NCBI GenBank assembly: GCA_035285595.1
Contig: JAYKGV010000004.1
Location: 3,327 to 67,326 of the forward strand
Source of the DNA: Candidatus Sericytochromatia bacterium
Lineage (GTDB): Bacteria; Cyanobacteriota; Sericytochromatia; S15B-MN24; VGJW01
Direction: 5' to 3'
DNA length: 64,000 nucleotides
The notes under the pieces are model-generated. The model did no database searches. It saw only the letters and a program-made list of their open reading frames with translations, and was not told the DNA's origin. This document shows, piece after piece, positions 29,813-39,430 of the stretch (the stretch's first letter is position 1; each line of letters begins with the position of its first letter). The translations under genes and the position numbers were made by a program.

Positions 29813-30823
29813 TCAGGGGTCTCCGGCGAAACAGACTTCGGCGAAACCAGGCGTCAAGGTGTGGACCAGATCCTTGCCCAGAGGAAGCCAAGCCGGCGCG
29901 GCCGTACCGGTCCATCGATGCATGACCCGGCCATTGTCCTGTCGGAGAAGGGCAAGCATGCCCCGTCCTGCGACACCAATGGACCGGCCGTCCTGCAGGA
30001 AGGCCACGGAACGGGGAGCCGCGATGCCCGTGTCGAAGGGTCGGATTCGGCCTGCGGTCTCGGCTCGTTCCACCCAGACGACCTCTTCGCCTGCAAGGGC
30101 CCACGCTTGTCCATCAGGTGCGAAGGCCGGCATCAGCTCGTAGGGCATCTCCTCCGGAAAAACCTCGGGTGAGGAACTGGCGGCATGGCCATCTCCGTAG
30201 CGAAGGGTCGCGGGACCGTCCTCGCGGGTCAGCAACAGCCGATCGTCGACAGGAGAGAGGGCGGTGGCCAACCACTTCCCGCCTTCGTGTGCCGGCCACT
30301 GGGCTTCGGACTTTAGGTCCAACATCGTGACCTCGTCCTGATGCCGCAACCACAGCCTTCGGGCGCCGAACCACCGGCCCGCCCGACTCACCTCGAGGCC
30401 CGTCGATACAATCTTCAGAGGATCGTCGGCAAAAGGCGACAGCAGGATGACCGTGCCATCCGCGGCGACCGCCGCAACCTCCTGGTCCCTCTCGCCGACC
30501 GTCAGCAGGGCCAGGAGCGGACGCTCGGTGTCCCAGCCTCGGGTGATCTCGCCAGTGACCCGATCACGGATCGCGATGTCCCCTTCCTGCATCGCCACGG
30601 CCACGTGGTTCGGGCCGGCGGCCGTGATGGCCAGCGGCTTGCCGGCGGGCAAAGTCCACTTCTGCCGTACCGTGCCGAGCAGCAGTCTGTTGCTGACGAG
30701 GCTGGCGGTACCCGGAAGGCCAGCGCCCGCGGTACAGCCCCCGACCACAGTCAGGACCCCTGCAAAGGCCAGCATCAGACCAGGGAGAGGGCGTTCATTT
30801 TTTCGTGTTCTTTCTTGAGTCAT
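29813..30823 (-). CDS. WD40-like beta-propeller lipoprotein, copy 2
   Basis: VGGC lipobox; collinear and highly similar to 28721-29755 (AGPNHVAVAMQEG, AGRWFG, LLTREDGPA, APAWLPLG.D..HTLTPG). Confidence 0.75.
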   Translation of the reverse strand: MTQERTRKNERPLPGLMLAFAGVLTVVGGCTAGAGLPGTASLVSNRLLLGTVRQKWTLPAGKPLAITAAGPNHVAVAMQEGDIAIRDRVTGEITRGWDTERPLLALLTVGERDQEVAAVAADGTVILLSPFADDPLKIVSTGLEVSRAGRWFGARRLWLRHQDEVTMLDLKSEAQWPAHEGGKWLATALSPVDDRLLLTREDGPATLRYGDGHAASSSPEVFPEEMPYELMPAFAPDGQAWALAGEEVVWVERAETAGRIRPFDTGIAAPRSVAFLQDGRSIGVAGRGMLALLRQDNGRVMHRWTGTAAPAWLPLGKDLVHTLTPGFAEVCFAGDP

Positions 30824-30890
30824 CTACATTATTATATCATGTCCTTGTGATGCCCTGAGGTGGGGACGCGGCAGGGCTCGTGTCGTCTCC

Positions 30891-32156
30891 TTGGCCCAGG
30901 CGGCAAAGACGCCCTATCCTTTGGGCATGGGGATGCGTGCATGGCCGGGCGGGACGAAAGGTCTCGTGGCCGGTTGCGTGGCCATCACCTGTCTTTCCGG
31001 TTGCATGACGGTGGCAGTCGTGGCAGACCGGGTCTGGGGAAGCCCTCCGCTCCTGCGCCTCGAGCTCGGTCCGAGGGACCTGCGGGTGCAGGTGGTACCG
31101 GGGGAGCCGGGCGTCGCCCGAGGAGAGGAGGGGACGCTCGCCTTGTACGCCGTCCTCGGCAATGCTGCACTGGCGGCCGCGGCGACGGGCATGGTTGGCC
31201 TCGACACCCGTGAGCCCCTGCTGACTGGCACGGTGATCGATGCCATGCTGGCAGGTGTGTTGCTTGTGCTTTGGCCGTCCGTTGCGGGGGCTCGAGGCGA
31301 CAGGCTCGTCCTGCGAACGCCGGATGGTCCTGAAACTGCGACCTTGGTGCCTCTGCCCGACGGTCGTCAGGAGGCGGTCTTTGCCGCGGGGGCCCATCGA
31401 ATCGGGGGAACCCGGCAGGTGCTGCTGCAGGCTCGCGGTCGTACCCAGGCGCTCTGGGATCTGCAGCGTCCGATCCGGGGGGTGTCCATTCGCCCAGAGG
31501 ACGTACCCCTGCTCTCGGTTCGGCCGAACGCAGACCCGCCGGGACTCGTGATCCGGCACGAGGGTGGCTTGCCCCTGCAACCTCTGGTCGTGGAATTGCG
31601 TGGCACGGTGAATGCGGCCTTGCCCGAAGGCATGGCCACGAGGGAGGTCGCACGCCTGGAATCGGGCGAGGAGGTTGAACTGCCCCTGCCCGATTTCGAG
31701 GTCCCCGTTCGTGGTCATGTGCGGGCAATGGTTTTTCTTGATCAGCCTGGAGGCTGGCGCTGGCCCGCAGGGGTGGTCGACTTCCCGATACGTGACGAAG
31801 GGCCCGGGGAGCGTTTGCAGCCCCTCGTGTCGGGCGGGCCGCCACGATTCCGCCCGCACCGGGGGGGGGCCTTGGCCGAGATCGCGTTGGGCCTTGCCAC
31901 ATCTGCCGAAAGAGTCTGCGAGCATGTGGTCGTGCGTGTGCGCAGCCAGGATCCTGATCTCGTGGTCCTGCAGCCTGAGCTCGATCTGGGCTCGGTGTGG
32001 CTCGAGAAGGGGCAGGTACCCGTGGGGCGTGTGTCGCTGTGGCGCAGCCGGGCCTCCGCGGGGCCGCTGGGGCTCAGGCTCGAGGCCGAGGCGACGTGTA
32101 CGGGCAAGACCGTCACCTGGTTTGAGGACGTCTGGTTTGATGATGCCGGATCGTGA
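30891..32156 (+). CDS. Hypothetical lipoprotein/membrane protein (paralog of 27237-28664)
   Basis: LSGC lipobox, two hydrophobic helices, motifs shared with 27237. Confidence 0.65.
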   Translation: MAQAAKTPYPLGMGMRAWPGGTKGLVAGCVAITCLSGCMTVAVVADRVWGSPPLLRLELGPRDLRVQVVPGEPGVARGEEGTLALYAVLGNAALAAAATGMVGLDTREPLLTGTVIDAMLAGVLLVLWPSVAGARGDRLVLRTPDGPETATLVPLPDGRQEAVFAAGAHRIGGTRQVLLQARGRTQALWDLQRPIRGVSIRPEDVPLLSVRPNADPPGLVIRHEGGLPLQPLVVELRGTVNAALPEGMATREVARLESGEEVELPLPDFEVPVRGHVRAMVFLDQPGGWRWPAGVVDFPIRDEGPGERLQPLVSGGPPRFRPHRGGALAEIALGLATSAERVCEHVVVRVRSQDPDLVVLQPELDLGSVWLEKGQVPVGRVSLWRSRASAGPLGLRLEAEATCTGKTVTWFEDVWFDDAGS

Positions 32157-33054
32157 GTTGGTCGGTTCCCCAGAGGAACTTCCGGGGGAGGTCTTCCGTA
32201 CGGGTGGGGTGGCCTTCGGGCGGCTGTGGCCGGAGGGTCGGGACTTGCCGCCGGCTACTTGGGTGGCGGGCGTGGAGCCGTGGTGGGAGCTCGCACGGTG
32301 GCCCGACCATGCCCGGCAGCTGCGGGGCCTCAGGCGTCAGTTGGCCCGCGGACGCCGAAAGGGGCTCCGGCTGGAAGGCCATTGGCTCCGGCAGCAAGTG
32401 CCCGGGGCCGTTCCGGGGGAAGCCTTGTCGGACCTGCTCGTGCGGTGGCGGCTTGCGTGCGCGATGCCGCCGATGGCGTTCGCGGCGGCATCGCGGTGGG
32501 AGTCGGTGCATCGTGAGGCCTGGCTGGGACTCGCCTGGCAAGGCGAGCGCCTCGTGGGTGCGGCGTTGGCCTTGCCTCGGGGGCATGGGGCTTGGTGCCT
32601 CGTTCATCTGGTTCGGGACCCCGCCGCCCCGCAAGGTACGGTCGAGCATTTGGTGGACTGCGCCATGCGAGAACTTGCTTCCGCGGGGGGCCGGTGGGCC
32701 ACATTGGGCCTGATGCCGCTGGAGGGGCCGATCCCTGTGTGGCTCAGGAGGGTCGGACCTCGACTGGAAGGGCTGTTCCCCTTCGAGGGCTTGTCGACCT
32801 TCAAGCTACGGTTTCGCCCACACCGACACCGTTACTTGCTGGTCGAGCATCCGGCCCTGCCCCAGGCGTTTGGCGTGTTTTGCCTGCTCAGGGCTTTCAC
32901 GGGCGTGGGGTTCCTTCGGTACGCCGCCACCTGGCTGCTGTGGCGCCTCGGCCGGCGGAGTCTGCCGGCGGAAGCGACTCCGGCGACATCTCGATACACG
33001 CCACCCGCGGGAGAGCGTATCCTTGGGGTCTCCGAGGAGCCTTACCCCGCATGA
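32140..33054 (+). CDS. Stand-alone MprF C-terminal-like (DUF2156, GNAT-fold aminoacyltransferase) domain protein
   Basis: LRRQLARGRRKGL, LVRDPAAPQGTVEHLV..AM, TLGLMPL, FPFEGLSTFKLRFRP. Confidence 0.7.
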   Translation: MMPDRELVGSPEELPGEVFRTGGVAFGRLWPEGRDLPPATWVAGVEPWWELARWPDHARQLRGLRRQLARGRRKGLRLEGHWLRQQVPGAVPGEALSDLLVRWRLACAMPPMAFAAASRWESVHREAWLGLAWQGERLVGAALALPRGHGAWCLVHLVRDPAAPQGTVEHLVDCAMRELASAGGRWATLGLMPLEGPIPVWLRRVGPRLEGLFPFEGLSTFKLRFRPHRHRYLLVEHPALPQAFGVFCLLRAFTGVGFLRYAATWLLWRLGRRSLPAEATPATSRYTPPAGERILGVSEEPYPA

Positions 33055-34004
33055 ACGCCCCTGCCGTCGGTCTTGAAGTCGACGCCGTCTCCAAGGTCTT
33101 TCCCGCCCGTGCGGGCCGAACCATGCACGTGGCAGTGGAGCACGTGAGTTTTCTCGTCAAGCCTGGTGAAATTCTGGGTCTCCTCGGACCCAATGGGGCC
33201 GGCAAGACCACCACGCTCAAGATGATCGCGGGTCTCGTCCGACCGACCAGCGGCCATATCCGCATCGATGGGCTCGATGTCGCCACGCAACGCAGCCGTG
33301 CCGTGCGCGGACTGGGTGCCGTGCTCGAGGGCAACCGAAATCTGCATTGGAAGCTTACGGCTGGCGAGAACCTGGATTACTTCGGGGCCCTCAAGGGCGT
33401 GACGGGCCTGCGGGCGCGCAGAGACGCCCTGATCGAACGACTGGGGCTCGGATCTCACGTCCGCAAGCGCGTGGGCGAGCTCTCGCGTGGGCTGCAGCAG
33501 CGGGTGGCCATCGCGGTGGCGCTGCTGGGAGAGCCCAGGACCCTCTTGCTCGACGAGCCGACGTTGGGGCTCGATGTAGAGGCCGCCGTAACCTTTCGCG
33601 GGGTGGTGCGGGATATCGCGCGCGCAGGCTGCGGCATCGTCTTGACCACGCACCAGATGGAAGTGGCGCAGGACCTGTCCGATCATATCGCCATCATGGC
33701 GGGGGGACACCTGCGGGCACTCGATGGCCTTGCCGCGCTCAGGGCCGCGTACAGGGCGCCTGGCCACTCTGTCGCCTTCCGGGGTTTCTTGGAGCCGGAT
33801 CTGGCCGAGACCTTGGCCGCCCATGGCCTTGGCGAGCTGACTTCGGCGGAGGGTCTCTGGACCGGGGTGGTGGCAGAGGCGGAGAGTTTGCCCGGGATCC
33901 TGGGTCGCTTGCTGGAAGCGAGACTGGACCTTGCCTATGTGAAGGCGCGAGAGGTCGACCTTGAAGCGCTCTACTTGCGCATCGTCACGGGAGAGGTCGC
34001 ATGA
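33051..34004 (+). CDS. ABC transporter ATP-binding protein
   Basis: GPNGAGKTT, LSRGLQQR, LLLDEPTLGLD, TTH. Confidence 0.95.
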   Translation: MNAPAVGLEVDAVSKVFPARAGRTMHVAVEHVSFLVKPGEILGLLGPNGAGKTTTLKMIAGLVRPTSGHIRIDGLDVATQRSRAVRGLGAVLEGNRNLHWKLTAGENLDYFGALKGVTGLRARRDALIERLGLGSHVRKRVGELSRGLQQRVAIAVALLGEPRTLLLDEPTLGLDVEAAVTFRGVVRDIARAGCGIVLTTHQMEVAQDLSDHIAIMAGGHLRALDGLAALRAAYRAPGHSVAFRGFLEPDLAETLAAHGLGELTSAEGLWTGVVAEAESLPGILGRLLEARLDLAYVKAREVDLEALYLRIVTGEVA

Positions 34005-34807
34005 ACCTTTGGCGGCTTTTCGTCGCGGAGTTGCGACGCGAGGCGATCTTGCTCGTCCGTTACCCCCTTGAGACGGTCTCGCGCCTCGTCTGGAATCTGG
34101 GCTTCGCGCTCCTTATTTTCTTCGGGTTCTCGGCTGCGGTGGGCAGTCAGGCCTCCGCGCTTCCTGGCTTCGAGGAGGGGAATGTCGGTCGCCTGCTGGG
34201 CCTGCTCACGACCTACATTGCCATCAATGGTCTTGGCAATGCCGCCGAACTCATCTCGGAGGAAGTTCAAACGGGTACCCTCGAACAGGCGGCACTCTCG
34301 CCGCCGCCTCTCGTGCTGGTGGTCCTGCTTCGGGATCTCGCCAGTTATGTCGAAATGCTGCTCCGGTTCGCTCTGGTGTTGGGGATCGCTTGCCTGGTGA
34401 CGGGTGTGAGGCTGCATCTCGATGTGCCCGCCTACATCGTGTTGCTGACTTTGATGTATCTCGGCATGGAGGGTATCGGACTCATGCTGGGTGGGGCGAG
34501 CCTCATTGCCAAACGCATCGCCACGTTGTCGCAGTTCGCCGTGATGTTGGTCTTTGGCCTTGCGATCGTGCCGCTGGGAGATCTGCCCGTTTGGGCCCGG
34601 CCGTTCGTGACGGCTTTTCCGTTCACGAACGCACTGGAACAGTTGCGGGCCGTGGCCGTCGGCGGGAGTGGCCTCGCCGAGCTCTGGCTAGCTGGCCGCC
34701 TGCCGAATCTTCTGGTGGGTGCCCTGGTTTGGCTCGTGGCGGGTCTGCTGGTCTTTGCCCGTGCAGAGCGCAGGGCCCGTGAGCTAGGCACCCTAAACCA
34801 GTACTGA
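34001..34807 (+). CDS. ABC-2 type exporter permease
   Basis: Six TMs, EEVQTGTLEQ, PFTNALE, ARELGTLNQY C-terminus. Confidence 0.9.
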   Translation: MNLWRLFVAELRREAILLVRYPLETVSRLVWNLGFALLIFFGFSAAVGSQASALPGFEEGNVGRLLGLLTTYIAINGLGNAAELISEEVQTGTLEQAALSPPPLVLVVLLRDLASYVEMLLRFALVLGIACLVTGVRLHLDVPAYIVLLTLMYLGMEGIGLMLGGASLIAKRIATLSQFAVMLVFGLAIVPLGDLPVWARPFVTAFPFTNALEQLRAVAVGGSGLAELWLAGRLPNLLVGALVWLVAGLLVFARAERRARELGTLNQY

Positions 34808-34868
34808 CGAAGGTCCGGGGATGGGCCCATTGACCCGCATCATCCTCCCGCGCTGTAAGGGGGGGCTG

Positions 34869-35036
34869 TCCCTTCAGGGCGTCGCTGTGCCAGCCGTCGT
34901 GGTGGGCGATTTTGCTGCAAATCCGTCCGTGAACCCGGACGTGGACGCCGTAGACCGGTTCAGCGTGCAACCGAGAGGTCGGGAGGGCAACGCCGCGGCG
35001 ACCGGATTCCGCCAAAGCGGCTCGTGCCTGAAGAAC
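34869..35036 (+). ncRNA. ssrS: 6S RNA (SsrS/SsaA-like)
   Basis: ~165-nt rod: CTTCAGG(34872) pairs CCTGAAG(35027) and GTCGCT pairs AGCGGC. Internal motifs CCGTGAAC, TTCAG, GGTCGGGAGG and CCAAAGCGGC resemble cyanobacterial 6S as recalled. TTGACC upstream at 34830. Confidence 0.65.
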
Positions 35037-35074
35037 GCGCCTTGGTCTCTCGTGGGTGGGACGGCGCGTGGCTC

Positions 35075-35103
35075 TTGACGCGTGACGGGGCCTTTGGGAT
35101 ACT
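35075..35103 (+). promoter_or_regulatory. Sigma70-type promoter of the tRNA pair
   Basis: TTGACG-17 bp-GATACT with extended TG. Confidence 0.7.
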
Positions 35104-35119
35104 GAAGCTCTCAGGCCGT

Positions 35120-35191
35120 GGCCCCATGGTCTAGCGGTTAGGACATCGCCCTTTCAAGGCGGTAACACGGGTTCGAATCCCGTTGGGGCTA
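35120..35191 (+). tRNA. tRNA-Glu(TTC), CCA not encoded
   Basis: Acceptor GGCCCCA/TGGGGCT, anticodon arm TCGCC-CTTTCAA-GGCGG, GGTTCGAATCC T-arm. Confidence 0.95.
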
Positions 35192-35204
35192 CTTCCTAAG
35201 CTAG

Positions 35205-35280
35205 GCCCCCTTCGTCTAGAGGCCTAGGACGCCGCCCTCTCACGGCGGTAACAGGGGTTCGAATCCCCTAGGGGGTACCA
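35205..35280 (+). tRNA. tRNA-Glu(CTC), CCA encoded
   Basis: Acceptor GCCCCCT/AGGGGGT, anticodon arm CCGCC-CTCTCAC-GGCGG, GGTTCGAATCC, ends ACCA. Confidence 0.95.
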
Positions 35281-35284
35281 TATC

Positions 35285-35326
35285 CGGGTCCGTCGGATTC
35301 ATCCGACAGGCCCGGTTTTGCTTTTA
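35285..35326 (+). terminator. Intrinsic terminator after the tRNAs
   Basis: CCGGGTCCGTCGGAT-TC-ATCCGACAGGCCCGG followed by TTTTGCTTTT. Confidence 0.8.
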
Positions 35327-35442
35327 AGGGGCCGCCCCAAGAGGGGATTGCGTGCTCACCTGCTTCGACGGCCCGCCCTATCCTAAGCAGAAGGGGGGAC
35401 ATCCCGCGTGGCGGAACGTCCCCCCGGAAACCGTCGTGGGTG

Positions 35443-36747
35443 TCAGAAGCCCAATTGGAGGCCAGCCAAGCCTCGAACGGCATTGGCACCTGGCCTTCTG
35501 TCCCACTGCACGCCAAGGACCAACGCCTGTTTGTCCGTCATCCGCCAGTCGCCCTGGATCCCGGCAGCGGCCAGCAGGCCGAGGGGGGTCCCCACGGGCT
35601 CGAGCGGCGCGAAGTCCGTCTGGACCTGCAGGCCGAGGGCGTCGCGACGCCAGTGGGCGAAGCCGCCCAGTACCGGCAGGGCGGCCGAGAAGGAGCCCGC
35701 CATGGTGGCCCGCACTCCGGCATAGGGTTGAAGTTGCAGGCGACCGTCCAGCACGCCGTCCAGCACCGGTCCTTGCGGTCCCGTACCTGCCAGCACAGAA
35801 AAGGCCCCTGCGGTGGGGGCAAGGCCCACGCTGCCGTCCAGATAGCCGAACCAGCGCTCCAGCGGCCCCAGCGCTTCTGGGTAGGCGGCCGCCTTCAGGA
35901 ACAGGTCCCCGGCTGTCCCTCCAGGCGAGCCCTCGGCGACACCCGCTCCTGCAGCAAACTGAAGGGGATGGCGTTCGAGGAATCGATCCCCGTGAAGCTT
36001 CTCAGCCATAGCGGCACGCTCCACCGCCGAGCGCCGGATGAGTTCGCGAATCATCCCGAAGCTGGCGGACGCAATCGCGGCGAACTGATAGCGGTTGAGC
36101 AAACCGTCGGGCCGGAACGTGATGTCGGGGAAGCCCACCATCACGCGATACCGCTGGTTGTCCTCCAAGATGGCGTGGTAGGCCCACTCGGACTCCCTCA
36201 CATCCTTGAAAGGGTTGTCAGGAGAACGGGGGTCGCGCGGCAGCACCGCCCCCCGGGACTCGCCCAGTGCAAGCAGATTGCGGACGACCGTGGCGATTTC
36301 CGCACGCGTCACCTGGGTGTCAGGCAAGAATTTGCCCTGCTGGACATCAGGTACACCTTCCCAGAGGCCATAACGATTGGCGAGCTTCAAGATGCCCCCC
36401 GTCCGGGATTCGCTGCCCAGCAAGTCCGTGAAGGTCTGTTCTCCGGGTTTGTCTAGAGCCCACGAGGTTTTGGAGAGCAGCTCGAGCTCTTGCACGAGGT
36501 CCTCGAGGGCCCACGCAAGATCGGCCCGCGAGAAGGCTGCCTCGCCTCGGAAAGTGTTGTCGGTGAAGCCTTTCATCAGGACGCGGCGGATGCTCATCTC
36601 CGCCACGGCGTCCGCGGCCCAATGATCGCCTGGGACATCCCGGTAGGCTTCTTCCACGGCGTGAGCGTGGGCAGTAAGGGTCCACGGCCCCGCCAAGGGC
36701 AGGGAAACGGCCAGCAGAGTCGTCGCAAACAATTTGAAGTGTCGCAT
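35443..36747 (-). CDS. S-layer homology (SLH x3) protein with probable C-terminal outer-membrane beta-barrel
   Basis: Signal peptide; YRDVPGDHWA...GFTDNTFRG...SRAD, FLPDTQVTRAE, FKDVRESEWA...GFPDITFRPD; terminal LQLGF. Confidence 0.85.
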   Translation of the reverse strand: MRHFKLFATTLLAVSLPLAGPWTLTAHAHAVEEAYRDVPGDHWAADAVAEMSIRRVLMKGFTDNTFRGEAAFSRADLAWALEDLVQELELLSKTSWALDKPGEQTFTDLLGSESRTGGILKLANRYGLWEGVPDVQQGKFLPDTQVTRAEIATVVRNLLALGESRGAVLPRDPRSPDNPFKDVRESEWAYHAILEDNQRYRVMVGFPDITFRPDGLLNRYQFAAIASASFGMIRELIRRSAVERAAMAEKLHGDRFLERHPLQFAAGAGVAEGSPGGTAGDLFLKAAAYPEALGPLERWFGYLDGSVGLAPTAGAFSVLAGTGPQGPVLDGVLDGRLQLQPYAGVRATMAGSFSAALPVLGGFAHWRRDALGLQVQTDFAPLEPVGTPLGLLAAAGIQGDWRMTDKQALVLGVQWDRRPGANAVRGLAGLQLGF

Positions 36748-36886
36748 GGACACAGGATATCGCACGCGAGGGCATGACGTCGGTCTGGACGCCCGGCGGG
36801 AACCATGGTTGTCTGGGTCGCGACTCCGTACCATGGGTGTACGGCGGACCGGGACGCTCCCAGAATCTCAGCAGGAGGCATGTGCC

Positions 36887-37882
36887 ATGGCTCGCATTTC
36901 CGGCAACCTCGCGGCACGCGTATGTGCCATTTCCTTGTTCTCGGCTGCAATGGTTGCGCCTGCGGTGCAGGCTCAGGTCGTGGCGGGGCCCGTGGGATCT
37001 GCGCCTATGGGGACTGCTCCCGTCATGCCGACCCTGGCCTCTCTGCTGCCCGTGCCCATGCCCGAACGGCCCGGTGACATCTGGACCGGCGGGGGCCTGC
37101 TTTTCGCACCGCGGTATCTCTCTCAGGGAGCGCTGGAGCTCGGGGTGGGCGGCATGTCGTTGCTTTCGGCACCGGTGTCCGGCATGTCCTCGATTGCGCC
37201 TGTGGCGGGTTTGCGTCTGGGCATGCAGGACGGCGTCGAATTGGCCGCATTGCTTGGGCCGGTCACCCTCGCAGGGATCCGGGCTCGGATCTCCCAGTCA
37301 ATGTGGGGCGCCACGGGCCTTTCGATGCTCTACCGCAGCGATGTATATCCGACCACCGATGCGCAAACCGCCCAGAGGCCGGAGCTTGTGCCCCCGTTTT
37401 TCGGGCTGTTCGCGGCTCCCGGTCTCAGGGCCAACCAAGGTGTCGAGGTTCGGTTCGATTTGATGCAAAACCTCTCCAACATGCGCTTCTATGCCGTGCC
37501 CAGCTTGAGGATGATGTCCAATGGCAACCGGTTGGGCCTGGGCGTTGGCTCGGACCTCGATCTGGGGCAGGTCGTGCTGGGTTGGAACTACAATGGCGGC
37601 TTGCTTGCCTCGGGTGGTGCAGGGCTCAATCCCCTCGAAAGTCAGTGGGGATTGGGCGGACGGTTGATCCTCAGCCCCAACGCCTATCTGACGGGGACGT
37701 GGATTTCGGTATCCGGCGATGCCTACGGCCAACGTAGCCAAGCCGTGATGGCAGGGATTGGTTTCAATACCTCGGCGGGTGGTGGAGGGTACGGTCCGGT
37801 CATGGCGCCCATGTCCCCCATGGCGCCGATGCCTGCGCCGCAGGCACCGGCCGGCGGCGGCATGATCCGTCGCTCGAACTGA
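36887..37882 (+). CDS. Exported protein, probable beta-barrel
   Basis: AGGAGG RBS; signal peptide ending AVQA; alternating G/aromatic beta-strands; P/M-rich termini. Confidence 0.65.
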   Translation: MARISGNLAARVCAISLFSAAMVAPAVQAQVVAGPVGSAPMGTAPVMPTLASLLPVPMPERPGDIWTGGGLLFAPRYLSQGALELGVGGMSLLSAPVSGMSSIAPVAGLRLGMQDGVELAALLGPVTLAGIRARISQSMWGATGLSMLYRSDVYPTTDAQTAQRPELVPPFFGLFAAPGLRANQGVEVRFDLMQNLSNMRFYAVPSLRMMSNGNRLGLGVGSDLDLGQVVLGWNYNGGLLASGGAGLNPLESQWGLGGRLILSPNAYLTGTWISVSGDAYGQRSQAVMAGIGFNTSAGGGGYGPVMAPMSPMAPMPAPQAPAGGGMIRRSN

Positions 37883-37894
37883 TGAGTCTCGGCC

Positions 37895-39394
37895 GTGCCC
37901 TCGCCGCTTGCTTCCCTCATCTGCCCCGTCCTCAGGGTTCCCGAGGACGGTGACCTCGGGCCGCTCATTGCAGCACAAGAGCGCTTCGGATGGGGTGGTT
38001 ACATCGTGTTCCGCGCGCCCGAGGGCTTGGTCGACGTGGTGCATCGACTCGAGGCCGTCAGTGACTTGCCACTGCTGATCGCATCCGACATTGAATATGG
38101 GGCCGGTCAGCAGCTGGCGGGGGCCACGGTCTTGCCTTGTGCGATGGCGCTCGCTGCGACAGGTGACATGGCTGCCGTTCGGGAGGCGGCCAGCCTGACG
38201 GCTCGCGAGGCCAGACTGCGGGGAGTGAACTGGGCCTTTGCCCCCGTGGCTGACGTCAACAGCAACCCTCGCAACCCCATCATCAACATGCGTAGCTTCG
38301 GCAGCCAGCCTGCGGCGGTCGCCGCCTGTGTGTCCGCGTGGGTCGGCGCGGCGCAGGAAGCAGGCTTGCTGGCCTGCGCCAAGCATTTTCCCGGGCACGG
38401 TGACACCGAGGTGGATTCCCACACCACGCTACCTACCCTGGGAGTCGATCGTGCCCATCTGGACTTGGTCGAGTTTCCCCCCTTCCGTGCAGCCATCGCC
38501 GCGGGGGCCGGAAGCGTCATGGTGGGGCATCTGGCCGTACCTGCCCTCGACCCTGCAGGCTTGCCCGCGACCTTGTCACGTCCGGTCGTGACGGGCCTGC
38601 TGCGCGAGGAGTTGGGCTTCGATGGCCTCGTGGTCACCGATGCCTTGATCATGGGGGGGGTGACGGAGGGCTGGTCCGAGGAGGATGCCGTCACGGCGGC
38701 CTTGGAAGCCGGCTGTGACGTACTTTTGATGCCACCCGATCCCGAAAGGGCCCTTGAGGCATTGGAAAACGCGGTCCGCGGCGGAAGGGTGAGCCCGGCC
38801 CGGGTGCAAAACGCCCTCGCGCGGGTGGCGAGGCACCGTGAGGCCTTGCGGCATCTGCCACCGGTCACGCCCGCCACGCCTGCAGAGGGCCTGGCCATTG
38901 CCGAGCGATTGTCTCGCCAGGCCCTGACTCTGGTCCATGGCGATCCGGGGCAGCCTGATCCGTCGTCCTGCCTCGCGGTCATCGTGGATGACGATGGGGA
39001 GGTGGGGCCGGATTCGCCGTGGGTACAGGCGCTCACGGCCCGTGGTTTCGAGCCGTATGTCCTCCGGCCGGGGTTCACGAGAGAGGAGGGGACAGCCTTG
39101 ATCCAGCGGGCCCGTGAGGTCGGTGGTGCACTTCTGTCCCTGTTCTCCCTGATCAAGGCCTGGAAGGACCGCAGCGATCTGGGGCCGGAGCTGGCGGCCG
39201 TGGCGAAGGAGCTCGCGGAAACGGTGCCGACGACCGTAATCTCTTTTTCGAGCCCCTACCTCATCGGGCAATGCCCAGCTGCCGCGGCCTACATCTGCGC
39301 CTACGGAGCTGGCCCTGCCGAACAGCAGGCTGTGGTGGAGGCCTTGTGGCTTGGCGGAGGATTTCCCGGTCGTTTGCCCGTCGAGTTGGCTTGA
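37895..39394 (+). CDS. nagZ: Glycoside hydrolase family 3 beta-N-acetylhexosaminidase
   Basis: FAPVADVN, KHFPGHGDTEVDSH, VTDALIM. Confidence 0.88.
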   Translation: MPSPLASLICPVLRVPEDGDLGPLIAAQERFGWGGYIVFRAPEGLVDVVHRLEAVSDLPLLIASDIEYGAGQQLAGATVLPCAMALAATGDMAAVREAASLTAREARLRGVNWAFAPVADVNSNPRNPIINMRSFGSQPAAVAACVSAWVGAAQEAGLLACAKHFPGHGDTEVDSHTTLPTLGVDRAHLDLVEFPPFRAAIAAGAGSVMVGHLAVPALDPAGLPATLSRPVVTGLLREELGFDGLVVTDALIMGGVTEGWSEEDAVTAALEAGCDVLLMPPDPERALEALENAVRGGRVSPARVQNALARVARHREALRHLPPVTPATPAEGLAIAERLSRQALTLVHGDPGQPDPSSCLAVIVDDDGEVGPDSPWVQALTARGFEPYVLRPGFTREEGTALIQRAREVGGALLSLFSLIKAWKDRSDLGPELAAVAKELAETVPTTVISFSSPYLIGQCPAAAAYICAYGAGPAEQQAVVEALWLGGGFPGRLPVELA

Positions 39395-39430
39395 GGCAGG
39401 TGATCCCCGCCTCGACCGACGGGCCGCCGG

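Noticed and set aside
28721-29815. TGA stops of the two propeller paralogs as selenocysteine codons
   Set aside because: Both paralogs end at the same position and the downstream sequence is not conserved, so these are ordinary stops.
35112-35119. CAGGCCGT match between the candidate dTnpB guide region and the tRNA leader
   Set aside because: This 8-mer occurs several times in the window, as expected by chance; no convincing in-window guide target was found.
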